Source of the DNA: Isurus oxyrinchus
Taxonomy: Eukaryota
Direction of reading: 5' to 3'
Length of the DNA: 64,000 bases
Assembly: GCA_026770705.1 (NCBI GenBank)
Contig: JANJGN010000016.1
Location: 88,226,001-88,290,000 of the forward strand
Below are positions 15,001-27,287 of the stretch, in pieces. The number at the start of each line of letters is the position of its first letter. Positions within the stretch are counted from its first letter, which is position 1. Under the pieces are notes generated by a model. It saw only the letters and a program-made list of their open reading frames with translations. It had not been told where the DNA came from and ran no database searches. A program made the translations under genes and the position numbers.

Positions 15001-18000
15001 GGGGATGAGGGTGTGAGTGATGCCGGTGTTGTGGGCGTGGGTGATGCCTGGTGTAGGGGATTGGGTGATGCCGGGTGTTGGGGGGTGTTTAGTGCCGGGG
15101 ATGGGGGGCTGGGTGATGCCGGGGGTGGGGGGTACAGGTAATGGCAGAGGTTTGGGGGTGGGTGATGCCGGGGTTGGGGGGTGTGGTGATGCCTGGTATG
15201 GGGGGAGTGTAATGCCGGTGGTGAGGGGTCATGTGATCCTGGGGATGGGTGATGCAGGGGCTAGTGGGGCGTGTGATGCCGGGGTTGAGGGGGTGAGTGA
15301 TGACGTAGGTGGGGTGTTGGGTGATGCTGGGGGTGAGGGGATGCGTGATGCCGTGGGTGGGGGTGTGGTTGGGTGATACCAGGGGTGTGGGGGGGTGGTT
15401 GATGCCGGGGATGGTGGGGTGGTTGATGCCGGGGGTGGGGGAGCGGGTAATGGCAGAGGTGGGGGTTGTGGGTGATGCCGGGCTGGGGTGTTGGGTGATG
15501 CTGGGAGTGGGGTGTGTAGGTGATGCCAGTGTTGGGGGTGTGGGTGATGCTGGGGTTGGGGGAGTGGGTGATGCTGGTGGGGTGGGGTGTTTGGTGAAGC
15601 CAGTGGTGAGGTGGTGTGTGATGTTGGTTGTGGGGCTGGTGGGTGTTGCCTGGGGTGAGGCGGTGGGTGATGCCGGGGGTGAGGCGATTGGTGATGCCTG
15701 GTTTGGGGGGGTGGGTAATGCCGGTGGTGAGGGGTTGTGTGATGATGGGGGTGGCTGATGCCGGGGCTGGTGGGGTGTGTGATGCCAGTAGTGAGAGGGT
15801 GGGTGATGCCGGAATAGGAGGTGTGGGTGATGCCAGGAGTGGGGTTGGGTGTTGTGGGTGATGCCGGTGTTGGGAGCTTGGCTGATGCCGGAGGTGTGGG
15901 GGGTGAGTGATGCCGGGGGTGGGGGGGGGTGGGTGATTCCGTGGGTAGGGGGGTGGGTGATGCCTGGAGTGGGTGATGCCAGGGTTGGTGGGGTGGGTGA
16001 TTCCGGGAGTGGGGTGGGGGTGGGTGATGCCAGTGTTGGGGGTGTGGGTGTTGCTGGCGGTGAGGGGGGTGGGTGATGCGGTGGGTGGGGGCGGTGGGTG
16101 ATGCTGGGGGTGGGGGGATTTATGATGGTGGGAGTGGTTTGGTGGGTGAAGCCAGGGGTGAGAGGGTGTGTGATGCCGGGTGTGGGGGTGGTGGGTGTTG
16201 CCGGGGGTGGGGGCATGGGTGTTGCTGGGGTGAGGGTTTGAGTGATGCCAGGGGTGTGGGAGTGGGTGATGCCGGCGGTGGAGGTGTGGGTGATGCCGGG
16301 GGTGGGGGGGGGTGATGCCGTGGGTGAGGGGGTATGTGATGCCCCGGGTGAGGGGGTGTGTGATGCCGGGAATGGGATGGTGGGTGATGCTGGGAGTGGG
16401 GGAGTGGGTGATGCTGGTGGGGTGGGGTGTTTGTTGAAGCCAGTGATGAGGTGGTGTGTGATGTTGGGTGTGGGGCTGGTGGGTGTTGCCTGGGGTGAGG
16501 GGTTGGGTGATGCCGGGGGTGGGGGGAGTGGTGATGCCTTGTATGGGGGGGTGGGTAATGCCGGTGGTGAGGGGTTGTGTGATGCTGGGGGTGGGTGATG
16601 CCGTAGGTGGTGGTGTGTGATGCCGGGGGTGAGGGGATGGTTGATGCCGAGGATGGTGGTGTTGGTGATGGCGGGGTCAGGGGGTGGGTGATGCTGTTGG
16701 TGGGGGTGTGGTTAGGTGATGCCAGGGGCTGTGGGTGGGGTGGTTGATGCCAGGGATGGTGGGGTGGGTGATGCCAGGAGTGGGTGATCCCTGGGTTGGT
16801 GGGGTGGGTGATGCCGGGAGTGTGGGTGGGGGTTTGTGGGTGATGCCGGTGGTGGTGTTGTGGGTGATGCCAGGAGTGGGGGGGCAGAGTGGGTGATGCC
16901 AGTGTTGGGAGTGTGGGTGCTGCTGGCGGTGAGGGGGTGGGTGATGCGGAGGGTGGGGCTGGTGGGTGATGCCAGGTGTAGTGGGGGTGGATGATGCCAG
17001 GGTGGGTGATGGCAGTGTTTAGGGTGTGGGTGATGCTAGGGGTGGGGGGGATTTATGATGCCAGGAATGGGGTCATGGGTGAAGCCAGGTGTTAAGGGGT
17101 GTGTGATGCTGGGGGTGGGGTGGTGGGTGTTGCCAGGGGTGGGGCGATGGGTCATGCTGCGGGTGGGTGATTCTGGTGCTGGGGGTGGGGTTGGGTGTTG
17201 CCAGGGTTGGGGGGGGGGGTGGTGATGTGGGGCCTGAGATAGTGGGTGATGCCAAGGGTTGGTGGGGTGTGTGATGCTGGGAGTGAGGGGGAGGGTGATG
17301 CCGGAGTAGGGGGCGTGGATGATGCCGGGAGTGGGGTTGGGTTTTGTGGGTGATGCCGGTGTTGAGGGCTTGGCTGATGCCGGGGATGTAGGGGTTGGGT
17401 GATGCCAGTGGTGGGGGGTGTGGGTGATGCCGGGGATGGGGGAATAGGTGAGGCTGGGGGTGTAGGGGGTGGGTGATGCCAGGGTTGTGGGCGTGGGTGA
17501 TGCCTGGGATAAGGGGGGATGGGTGATGCCGGGGGTGGGGGCATGGTTGATGTCGAGGGTGGGGGTGTTGGTGATGGCGGGGATGGTGGGTGAGGGACCC
17601 GTGGGTGGGGGGTTTGTATGATGCTGGGGGTGATGGAGTGGGTAATGCCATAGATGGTGTGTTAGATGTTGCCAGGTTTGGGGCAGTGGGTGAGGATGGG
17701 CGTGAGGGGTTGGGTGATGCCGGGGTAGGGTGTGTGGTTGTTGCCACGAGTGGGGGTGGGCCTGGGGGTTTTGGGTAATGCCGGTGGTGGTGGGGTGGGT
17801 GATGCCAGTGTTGGGGGTGTGGGTGTTGCTGGCAGTGAGGGTGTGGGTGATGCCGGGGGTAGGGGGGGTGGATTATTCCGGGGATGGGTGATGGCAGTGT
17901 TTGGGGGGTGGGTGATGCTGGGGGTGGAGGGGATTTATGATGCCGGGAGTGGGGTGGTGGGTGATGCCAGGGTTGTGGGGTGTTGGGTGAAGCCAGGGGT

Positions 18001-21000
18001 CAGGGGTTGTGTGATGCCGAGGGTGGGGTTGGTGGGTGTTGCTGGAGGTGGGTGGGTGTTGCCGGGGGTGAATGATGCCGGAGGTTGGGGGTGTTGGTGA
18101 TGCCGGGGGTGGGGAAATTGGTCATGCCAGGGGTGGGTGATGCCGGCAGTGGGGTGGGTGATGATGCCGGGGCTGAGATGGTGGGTGATGCCGCGGGTGA
18201 CATGGTTGGTGATGCCGGGGGTGGGATGGGGGGGTGATGCCGGAGGTGAAGGTGTGGGTAATGCCGGGAGTGAGGTGGTGTGTGATGCCAGGTATGGGAT
18301 GGTGGGTAATGTCGGGGCTGCGGCGTTGGGTGATGCCTGGTGTGAGGGGGTGTGTGATGCCAGGGGTGAGGTTTTGGGTGGGTGATGCCATGGGTGGGGG
18401 TGTGGGTGATGCCGGGGGATGGGCGGTGGGTGATGCTGGGTCTAAGGGTGTGGGTGATGCCGGGGGTGGTGCTGTGGGTGATGCCGGGTGTTGGGGGCTG
18501 GGTGATGCCGGGGGTGGGGGTACAGGTAATGGCAGAGGTTTGGGGGTGGGTGATGCCGGGGTTGGGGGGTGTGGTGATGCCTGGTATGGGGGGAGTGTAA
18601 TGCCGGTGGTGAGGGGTCATGTGATCCTGGGGATGGGTGATGCAGGGGCTAGTGGGGCGTGTGATGCCGGGGTTGAGGGGGTGAGTGATGACGTAGGTGG
18701 GGTGTTGGGTGATGCTGGGGGTGAGGGGATGCGTGATGCCGTGGGTGGGGGTGTGGTTGGGTGATACCAGGGGTGTGGGGGGGTGGTTGATGCCGGGGAT
18801 GGTGGGGTGGTTGATGCCGGGGGTGGGGGAGCGGGTAATGGCAGAGGTGGGGGTTGTGGGTGATGCCGGGTTGGGGTGTTGGGTGATGCTGGGAGTGGGG
18901 TGTGTAGGTGATGCCAGTGTTGGGGGTGTGGGTGATGCTGGGGTTGGGGGAGTGGGTGATGCTGGTGGGGTGGGGTGTTTGGTGAAGCCAGTGGTGAGGT
19001 GGTGTGTGATGTTGGTTGTGGGGCTGGTGGGTGTTGCCTGGGGTGAGGCGGTGGGTGATGCCGGGGGTGAGGCGATTGGTGATGCCTGGTTTGGGGGGGG
19101 TGGGTAATGCCGGTGGTGAGGGGTTGTGTGATGATGGGGGTGGCTGATGCCGGGGCTGGTGGGGTGTGTGATGCCAGTAGTGAGAGGGTGGGTGATGCCG
19201 GAATAGGAGGTGTGGGTGATGCCAGGAGTGGGGTTGGGTGTTGTGGGTGATGCCGGTGTTGGGAGCTTGGCTGATGCCGGAGGTGTGGGGGGTGAGTGAT
19301 GCCGGGGGTGGGGGGGGGTGGGTGATTCCGTGGGTAGGGGGGTGGGTGATGCCTGGAGTGGGTGATGCCAGGGTTGGTGGGGTGGGTGATTCCGGGAGTG
19401 GGGTGGGGGTGGGTGATGCCAGTGTTGGGGGTGTGGGTGTTGCTGGCGGTGAGGGGGTGGGTGATGCGGTGGGTGGGGGCGGTGGGTGATGCTGGGGGTG
19501 GGGGGATTTATGATGGTGGGAGTGGTTTGGTGGGTGAAGCCAGGGGTGAGAGGGTGTGTGATGCCGGGTGTGGGGGTGGTGGGTGTTGCCGGGGGTGGGG
19601 GCATGGGTGTTGCTGGGGTGAGGGTTTGAGTGATGCCAGGGGTGTGGGAGTGGGTGATGCCGGCGGTGGAGGTGTGGGTGATGCCGGGGGTGGGGGGGGG
19701 TGATGCCGTGGGTGAGGGGGTATGTGATGCCCCGGGTGAGGGGGTGTGTGATGCCGGGAATGGGATGGTGGGTGATGCTGGGAGTGGGGGAGTGGGTGAT
19801 GCTGGTGGGGTGGGGTGTTTGTTGAAGCCAGTGATGAGGTGGTGTGTGATGTTGGGTGTGGGGCTGGTGGGTGTTGCCTGGGGTGAGGGGTTGGGTGATG
19901 CCGGGGGTGGGGGGAGTGGTGATGCCTTGTATGGGGGGGTGGGTAATGCCGGTGGTGAGGGGTTGTGTGATGCTGGGGGTGGGTGATGCCGTAGGTGGTG
20001 GTGTGTGATGCCGGGGGTGAGGGGATGGTTGATGCCGAGGATGGTGGTGTTGGTGATGGCGGGGTCAGGGGGTGGGTGATGCTGTTGGTGGGGGTGTGGT
20101 TAGGTGATGCCAGGGGCTGTGGGTGGGGTGGTTGATGCCAGGGATGGTGGGGTGGGTGATGCCAGGAGTGGGTGATCCCTGGGTTGGTGGGGTGGGTGAT
20201 GCCGGGAGTGTGGGTGGGGGTTTGTGGGTGATGCCGGTGGTGGTGTTGTGGGTGATGCCAGGAGTGGGGGGGCAGAGTGGGTGATGCCAGTGTTGGGAGT
20301 GTGGGTGCTGCTGGCGGTGAGGGGGTGGGTGATGCGGAGGGTGGGGCTGGTGGGTGATGCCAGGTGTAGTGGGGGTGGATGATGCCAGGGTGGGTGATGG
20401 CAGTGTTTAGGGTGTGGGTGATGCTAGGGGTGGGGGGGATTTATGATGCCAGGAATGGGGTCATGGGTGAAGCCAGGTGTTAAGGGGTGTGTGATGCTGG
20501 GGGTGGGGTGGTGGGTGTTGCCAGGGGTGGGGCGATGGGTCATGCTGCGGGTGGGTGATTCTGGTGCTGGGGGTGGGGTTGGGTGTTGCCAGGGTTGGGG
20601 GGGGGGGTGGTGATGTGGGGCCTGAGATGGTGGGTGATGCCAAGGGTTGGTGGGGTGTGTGATGCTGGGAGTGAGGGGGAGGGTGATGCCGGAGTAGGGG
20701 GCGTGGATGATGCCGGGAGTGGGGTTGGGTTTTGTGGGTGATGCCGGTGTTGAGGGCTTGGCTGATGCCGGGGATGTAGGGGTTGGGTGATGCCAGTGGT
20801 GGGGGGTGTGGGTGATGCCGGGGATGGGGGAATAGGTGAGGCTGGGGGTGTAGGGGGTGGGTGATGCCAGGGTTGTGGGCGTGGGTGATGCCTGGGATAA
20901 GGGGGGATGGGTGATGCCGGGGGTGGGGGCATGGTTGATGTCGAGGGTGGGGGTGTTGGTGATGGCGGGGATGGTGGGTGAGGGACCCGTGGGTGGGGGG

Positions 21001-22240
21001 TTTGTATGATGCTGGGGGTGATGGAGTGGGTAATGCCATAGATGGTGTGTTAGATGTTGCCAGGTTTGGGGCAGTGGGTGAGGATGGGCGTGAGGGGTTG
21101 GGTGATGCCGGGGTAGGGTGTGTGGTTGTTGCCACGAGTGGGGGTGGGCCTGGGGGTTTTGGGTAATGCCGGTGGTGGTGGGGTGGGTGATGCCAGTGTT
21201 GGGGGTGTGGGTGTTGCTGGCAGTGAGGGTGTGGGTGATGCCGGGGGTAGGGGGGGTGGATTATTCCGGGGATGGGTGATGGCAGTGTTTGGGGGGTGGG
21301 TGATGCTGGGGGTGGAGGGGATTTATGATGCCGGGAGTGGGGTGGTGGGTGATGCCAGGGTTGTGGGGTGTTGGGTGAAGCCAGGGGTCAGGGGTTGTGT
21401 GATGCCGAGGGTGGGGTTGGTGGGTGTTGCTGGAGGTGGGTGGGTGTTGCCGGGGGTGAATGATGCCGGAGGTTGGGGGTGTTGGTGATGCCGGGGGTGG
21501 GGAAATTGGTCATGCCAGGGGTGGGTGATGCCGGCAGTGGGGTGGGTGATGATGCCGGGGCTGAGATGGTGGGTGATGCCGCGGGTGACATGGTTGGTGA
21601 TGCCGGGGGTGGGATGGGGGGGTGATGCCGGAGGTGAAGGTGTGGGTAATGCCGGGAGTGAGGTGGTGTGTGATGCCAGGTATGGGATGGTGGGTAATGT
21701 CGGGGCTGCGGCGTTGGGTGATGCCTGGTGTGAGGGGGTGTGTGATGCCAGGGGTGAGGTTTTGGGTGGGTGATGCCATGGGTGGGGGTGTGGGTGATGC
21801 CGGGGGATGGGCGGTGGGTGATGCTGGGTCTAAGGGTGTGGGTGATGCCGGGGGTGGTGCTGTGGGTGATGCCGGGTGTTGGGGGCTGGGTGATGCCGGG
21901 GGTGGGGGTGTGGGTGATGCCAGGGGTGAAGGGGTGGGAGATGCCGCGGGTGAGGGGCTGGTTGATGCCGGGTGTGGGGTTGTGGGTGATGCCGGGAGTG
22001 AGGGCCTGGGTGATGCCGATGGTGGGGGTGTGGGTGAGGCCGGGGGTGATGGTTGGGTGATGCCGGGGGTGGTGGGGTGGGTGATGCCGGGGGTGGTGGG
22101 GTGGGTGATGCCAGGGGTGAAGGGGGTGGGTGATGACGGGGGTGGTGGGGTGGGTGATGCCGGGGGTGGTGGGGTGGGTGATGCCGGGGGTGAGGGGGTG
22201 GGTGATGACGGGGATGGGGAATGTGGGTGATGCCGGGGGT
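1..22240 (+). repeat. G-rich tandem array A, degenerate ~24-bp unit (core GGGTGATGCCGGGG), continues beyond window start
   Basis: Core GTGATGCC(G/A)G recurs about every 20-30 bp. The cleanest units near 22060-22200 read GGGTGATGCCGGGGGTGGTGGGGT (24 bp). Extreme G/T bias on the + strand. Confidence 0.97.
15104..21908 (+). repeat. Near-identical 3388-bp tandem duplication within array A
   Basis: Identical or near-identical ORF translations recur at a constant 3388 offset (16242/19630, 17073/20461, 17590/20978, 18137/21525). Boundaries are approximate. Confidence 0.93.
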
Positions 22241-23937
22241 GTTGGAAGCTGGTCTCAGGGTAAAACCTGAGCACCACCATTTCCCAAAGTGACCCAGTGA
22301 CCCGGGTGAATAATTAGGTCTGAAAACAATGGCCAGGGGAGGGGTCAGAGGGCGTGTGGGAGGAGCCAACGACTGCACTTTTGGGCTGATTGACGGGTCT
22401 CCCGAATAATGAGCCATTCAGGACATGGAGAGCAAGGCTCTGCTGGGACATGTTAGCTAGATTCAAACGCCAATTGGAGGATTTGGGCTTGTTCCGAAAT
22501 CTCTCATTTGATGGGGAATCTAAAAGGTTAAAATGTGAATTGCTAATTAGCATTAATAGGAAAATATAAGTGGAAAGAGCAACTTGACATAAAAAATTGA
22601 GGAATATGGCTGCAGGATTTGGATTCTAGCCACAGAGCCAGCTAATACAGAAGAGCTTGAGGTAGTTTACAGCTGGAAGCGTGTCATACAGCTGGGCTTT
22701 CTCTAGACAGGAACAAGTGTTTTCCGAAATAACCTCACATGTGATAAGAAATGTGTTTTCCTGAAGAAACAAAGCAGAACGGAAGCTGGATTTTAATTCA
22801 GCTGAACTTTCTCCTCAAAAAGACGCATGTCCAGCAGACAAAGGAAGCTTGTTTCACATCTGCAGACACTGTCTTTAAAATAACCCCATCAGACTTAGGT
22901 CAGTCGGCCATCTTCGGACATAAAGGGTCAAAGTTCAATTTTGAGAATCCCCCTGGGTTGAGACAGAGAAACATCAACATTCAATAAAACCATCTGGAAT
23001 TCATGAGTAAATATCTTTCTTCATTGTTACTGTTTGTTTGAGTTTTCCAACAATATTTGCTGATAAGGTGGATTTATAAATTTCATGTATTTAAGACGAC
23101 ATTATTGACGTGATGCTTAGCTTTGGTTATCATTTATAACTTCAAGTATAAGCTATCACCTATAATGGGCTTCAATAAAATGTATATGTTCTTGAAGCAT
23201 ATAGAACATGTAATCTGAAATATTTCTTACCTCCAGAATCCACATAAATTCACAACTCTAGAAGTCTTCGTCAGATTTCTAGGAGCTGATATTGGAAAAC
23301 ATTGAAAACGCTGGTTGACTAAGACAGGCCTCAATGTATGTCCCATCCTCAGACTATTTTGTGGGCTTGGAGACTCCTGGAGGAGAGGACTTGTATTTGA
23401 GGCCCAGTCTCAGACTATTACTTTAATGCTTAGAATCTCTTTTAGTCGAGGCTTTAAGCTAACAATAAGTTGAAGGGAGTTGGCTTAACTTGCCGGGGGG
23501 TAAAGAGAGTGGAACCATGAACAGGCACCTTCACCCATGGTGCACATTCCTATGAGAACCAATGAAGGATTGACGCCATGATTGGATTGGATTCCAATGA
23601 CCCTTTGCCCCTCTCGTAGGAAAGTGCAAAGCTCAGAAGGATCCAACTGTAAATGGGCTACGTCCAAAGTGCATATGCCTCATGCCCCAAAGACCTCCAG
23701 GCCTCGCAGCTGATAGGTTCAGGCTTGGCACATCTTCCTGATCCATGTTATTCCAGTAGAGTAAGTTCGGGCTGTGCTCTAATCCAAAGGATTGAGTTTG
23801 ACAGGGCCCTGACTCAGGCTGATATCACCTTCCAGCACTCATTCAGATCCAACCCCCTTTGTGAAAGCTCTGTCATGGCTGGGGTTTTAGTGGGGGTGGG
23901 GGAAGGGTGGGTGGTCCTACCGGTGACCGTTAAGGCA

Positions 23938-24170
23938 GAGCTAGAGTCCATTATTAAGGAAGAAATAGCAGGACATTTAGACAAGCTTAAAGCAATCAAA
24001 CAGAGACAACATGGTTTTGTGAAGGGAAATCAGGTTTGACAAATTCGCTAGAGTTCTTTGAGGATGTAACAAGCAGAGTTGATAAGGGGAAACCGGTAGA
24101 TGTCGTGTATTTGGATTTGCAGGAGGCATTTGATAAGGTGTCACATAAAAGGTCATTGCACATGATAGGA
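23938..24170 (+). mobile_element. CR1-clade LINE, reverse-transcriptase fragment (frameshifted)
   Basis: LESIIKEEIAGHL..QHGFVKG followed, in another frame, by TNSLEFFEDVTSRVDKGKPVDVVYLDLQEAFDKVSH, which are CR1 RT motifs. Confidence 0.9.
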
Positions 24171-24829
24171 GTAACACACCCACACTCAGAGACACACACC
24201 TACAGGCAGTACTGGGTAACACACCCACTCTCAGAGACACACACCTACAGGCAGTACTGGGTAACACACTCACACACAGAGACACACACCTACAGACAGT
24301 ACTGGGTAACACACCCACACTCAGAGACACACACCTACAGGCAGTACTGGGTAACAGTCACACCCACACTCAGAGACACACACCTACAGACAGTACTGGG
24401 TAGCACACCCACACTCAGAGACACACACCTACAGATAGTACTGGGTAACACACCCACACACAGAGACACACACCTACAGGCAGTACTGGGTAACACACTC
24501 ACACACAGAGACACACACCTACAGACAGTACTGGGTCATAGTCACATGCACACACAGAGACACACACCTACAGACAGTACTGGGTAACACACCCACACTC
24601 AGAGACACACACCTACAGGCAGTACTGGGTAACACACCCACACACAGAGACACACACCTATAGACAGTACTGGGTAACACACCCACACACAGAGACACAC
24701 ACCTACAGACAGTACTGGGTAACACACCCACACTCAGACACACACCTACAGACAGTACTGGGTAACACACCCACACTCAGAGACACACACCTACAGACAG
24801 TACTGGGTCATAGTCACACGCACACACAG
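24171..24829 (+). repeat. 45-bp minisatellite, ~14 copies
   Basis: Unit GTAACACACCCACACTCAGAGACACACACCTACAGACAGTACTGG; it gives the 15-aa periodicity in ORF 24036..24587. Confidence 0.93.
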
Positions 24830-25485
24830 GGTCATGTACATTGTGATATCCTGACTGCTCCTCTCTGTAATCTGAGTCCTCACTCGGGTCACTTTTGTGC
24901 TGTTATCATGAACCCCGGGTTAAGGAGAAAGAAATGAACATTGTGACTGTGTCCTCGAGACCTGAGATTTCCCCGAGCTCATTTCAGGCATTACCCAGCA
25001 GTCAGCACAGAGTGCACAGCATGATCCCACCAGCTGGAACAACTCCAGTGTTCCGAGTGAAGAGTGAATGCCCAACTACAAATTCTATTTATGGTAAATT
25101 TTGATAATTCTCCTAATGTTTAGGGTTTGTTGTTGGTCTGTAACATCAATGGATTTTATTGTTGAGCACATTTTAAATTGAATGGTTCAGGCTGAATTTC
25201 TGTTGGTGAGACACTCGGCAGTCAAGGCTGTTGGGGTACGTTACAGGGAGACAGTTACTGGTGGGAAAATACACTTCATTGTTTTCTGACTTTCCGTTGC
25301 CTCAGAGTCTGGATTCAGCAGCCCCAGGTTTGAAGGAATGGTTAAAAATTTCACAGTGAAATGTAAACTCTGGTCTCCCAGGAAACAAGGGATGGACATT
25401 TGTCTTTAGCCCACATGGCTCTCCTTCCAGAGGTGGGGTCACACGAGGTGATTCACAGCCTAAACCAATGGAAAAGGTGAATTTA

Positions 25486-26010
25486 TAATCTACAAGGCAG
25501 AGTCAGGAGTTTGATGGAAGACTCTCCACTTGCCTGGATGATTGGAACTCCAACAATACTCAAGAAGCTGGACTCCATCCCAGACAAAGCAGCCGCCTGA
25601 TTGGCACCCCTTCCACAAACATTCACTCCCTCCAACACCGACGCACAGTAGCAGCAGTGTGTACCATCTACAAGATGCACTGCAGAAACTCACCAAGGCT
25701 CCATGAGCAGCACCTTCCAAACCCATGACCATCTAGAAGGACATGAGCACCAGATAGATGGGCGCATCACCATCTGGAAGTTCCCCTACAAGTCGCTCGC
25801 CATCCTGACTTGGAAATATATCACCGTTCCTTCACTGTCACTGGGTCAAATTCCTGGAACTCCCTCCCTAACAGCACTGTGGGTGTACCTACACCACAGG
25901 GACTGAAGCAGTTCAAGACGGCAGCTCACCACCACCTTCTCAAGGGGCAATTAGGGATGGGCAATAAGAGCTCACCTGATCAGGGACACCCACATCTCGT
26001 AAAAGAATGA
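25486..26010 (+). mobile_element. 5'-truncated non-LTR retrotransposon 3' end (second CR1/L2-group family; same family as 46408-47391)
   Basis: IYKAESGV/MEDSPLAWM..PTILKKLDSIPDKAA-like C-terminus. Nearly the same DNA occurs at 47302-47390. Ends in a 3' UTR (CACCACCTTCTCAAGGG..GGGCAATAA) and an A-rich tail. Confidence 0.8.
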
Positions 26011-26414
26011 AGAAATATTTGGAATATTTCCAAATAAGGGAATGCGGAATAATGAGGAGTGGGGATAAAAGTTGGAAAATTGAAATTGTTGTTAGCCCAG
26101 TGTTTCCATGGTTTCTGGGGTCTGACACAGTCCAACATCACTTCAAAGACAGAGAAGGGAAAGACATCGCCTGTCCTGGCAACGCTCAAGGACTCCTAGG
26201 AACTGGAGGGAGAAGAGATTTCCATGTTGTCTTCACTGTGTTTTTGTAAAGTTTACATAAATCTTGCTTAATAAATTTGAAGTGATACATAAATACTAAT
26301 TATTCATCCCTCCTTAGGCCTGGCACAACTGAGGACACACGTGTTAGAAATTAAGCATTCGGAACTTAGGAATTTTAATGAGAAGGATTTTATTCCTCAA
26401 AACCCTTAAATCTT

Positions 26415-26530
26415 CCATTATAAAGTTCCTTTAACATGAAATGTCACACAGGAGCTTTAGAAAACAAAATATGTCACCGAGACAAATAAGGAGATGTTGG
26501 TCCAGATGACTAAAAGATTGGTCAAAGAGG
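26415..26530 (-). mobile_element. Probable L2 LINE 3' tail
   Basis: AAGGAGATGTTGGTCCAGATGACTAAAAGATTGGTCAAAGAGG resembles the start of the L2 at 42694-42725. Confidence 0.5.
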
Positions 26531-27270
26531 ATGGATCGGGCCCAGATTTTCACTAAGTGCTGGAGTGGGTGGGAAAAAGGACGTTTTACCCTCTGGCTGC
26601 ATTGGCGGTTTTTCACACTGTATCGTCCCCTTCCCGGCACATCCCGGCTCAGGAACAGCGTATTCTCGGGAAACATCGGGCCTCTGGTGCAGCGGCCTCT
26701 GATTCGCCTGATCTACCATCACCTCAGGCCTTCAGTAATCCGGCCGCCATATTTAAAGGCTGCCCCTGCACAGAGCTCGCACTCTTCACGGGATAGGAAG
26801 CTGCTGGGAACTGATGGCTGCTAAAGGGAGGAAACATGCTGCCCCCAGATTTACTGACACCTCCCTTGAGAACCTACTGGACACAGTGGAGGCCCAACAT
26901 GATGCCCTTTACCCCTCCTCTGGAGAAGACCAGTGAGCAAGCTCTCCAATCCAGCATGGGAGGTGGTAGCAGCGGTGGTCAGTGCCAATGCCCTGCAAAA
27001 GAGGACAGCAACCCAGTGCCACAAGAGGATGAATTATCTCCTCCGTTCCGCCAGGGTATGTTCCTCTTCTCATCACTCTCAACTCACACACTCAGAAACC
27101 CATCACACACCCACAGGGCCCTCACTCACTGCCAGTTCAAGGGACATCACCATTCAGTCTCTCACACTCACCGTCATTGTCCTCATCCTGTCCATGGCAC
27201 CACTCACCACCCACACAGACCTTATCATCTGACCTGGCAGGCATTCTGCTAACATTCTCTCTATCTCAAT
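26529..27270 (+). mobile_element. Harbinger/PIF-type DNA transposon relic (left end plus Myb/SANT gene)
   Basis: The left end CCCAGATTTTCACTAAGTGC..GGGTGGGAAAAAGGACGTTTTAC is shared with 45790-45840. It is followed by TATTTAAA and a Myb/SANT-like exon. Confidence 0.7.
26814..27055 (+). pseudogene. Myb/SANT-like (MSANTD/trihelix) DNA-binding exon of Harbinger ORF1, frameshifted
   Basis: MAAKGRKHAAPRFTDTSLENLLDTVEAQHDALYP, then a stop/frameshift, then KLSNPAWEVVAAVVSANALQKRTATQCHKRMNYLLRSAR and a splice donor GTATG at 27056. The pattern RF..LL..V...W..VA..V....RT..QC.KR is Myb/SANT-like. Confidence 0.78.
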
Positions 27271-27287
27271 CTATGCAGGACCTACTG

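Noticed and set aside
152-22417. Long Pro/Thr/His-rich (minus) and Gly/Val/Trp-rich (plus) ORFs up to 1009 aa, superficially mucin- or extensin-like
   Set aside because: They occur in all frames, swap frames at G-run indels, and simply translate the 24-bp repeat. No signal peptide, splice structure or unique domain is present.
23200-23900. Possible exon (minus strand, ~23231-23278) or DIRS-like coding relic
   Set aside because: Only a short AG..GT-bounded stretch with no recognisable protein motif; not supportable without a search.
24835-24950. Extra RSS or D-like segment (CATTGTG heptamer-like motifs, CACTTTTGT)
   Set aside because: No heptamer-nonamer pair at 12 or 23 spacing and no adjacent V or J coding sequence.
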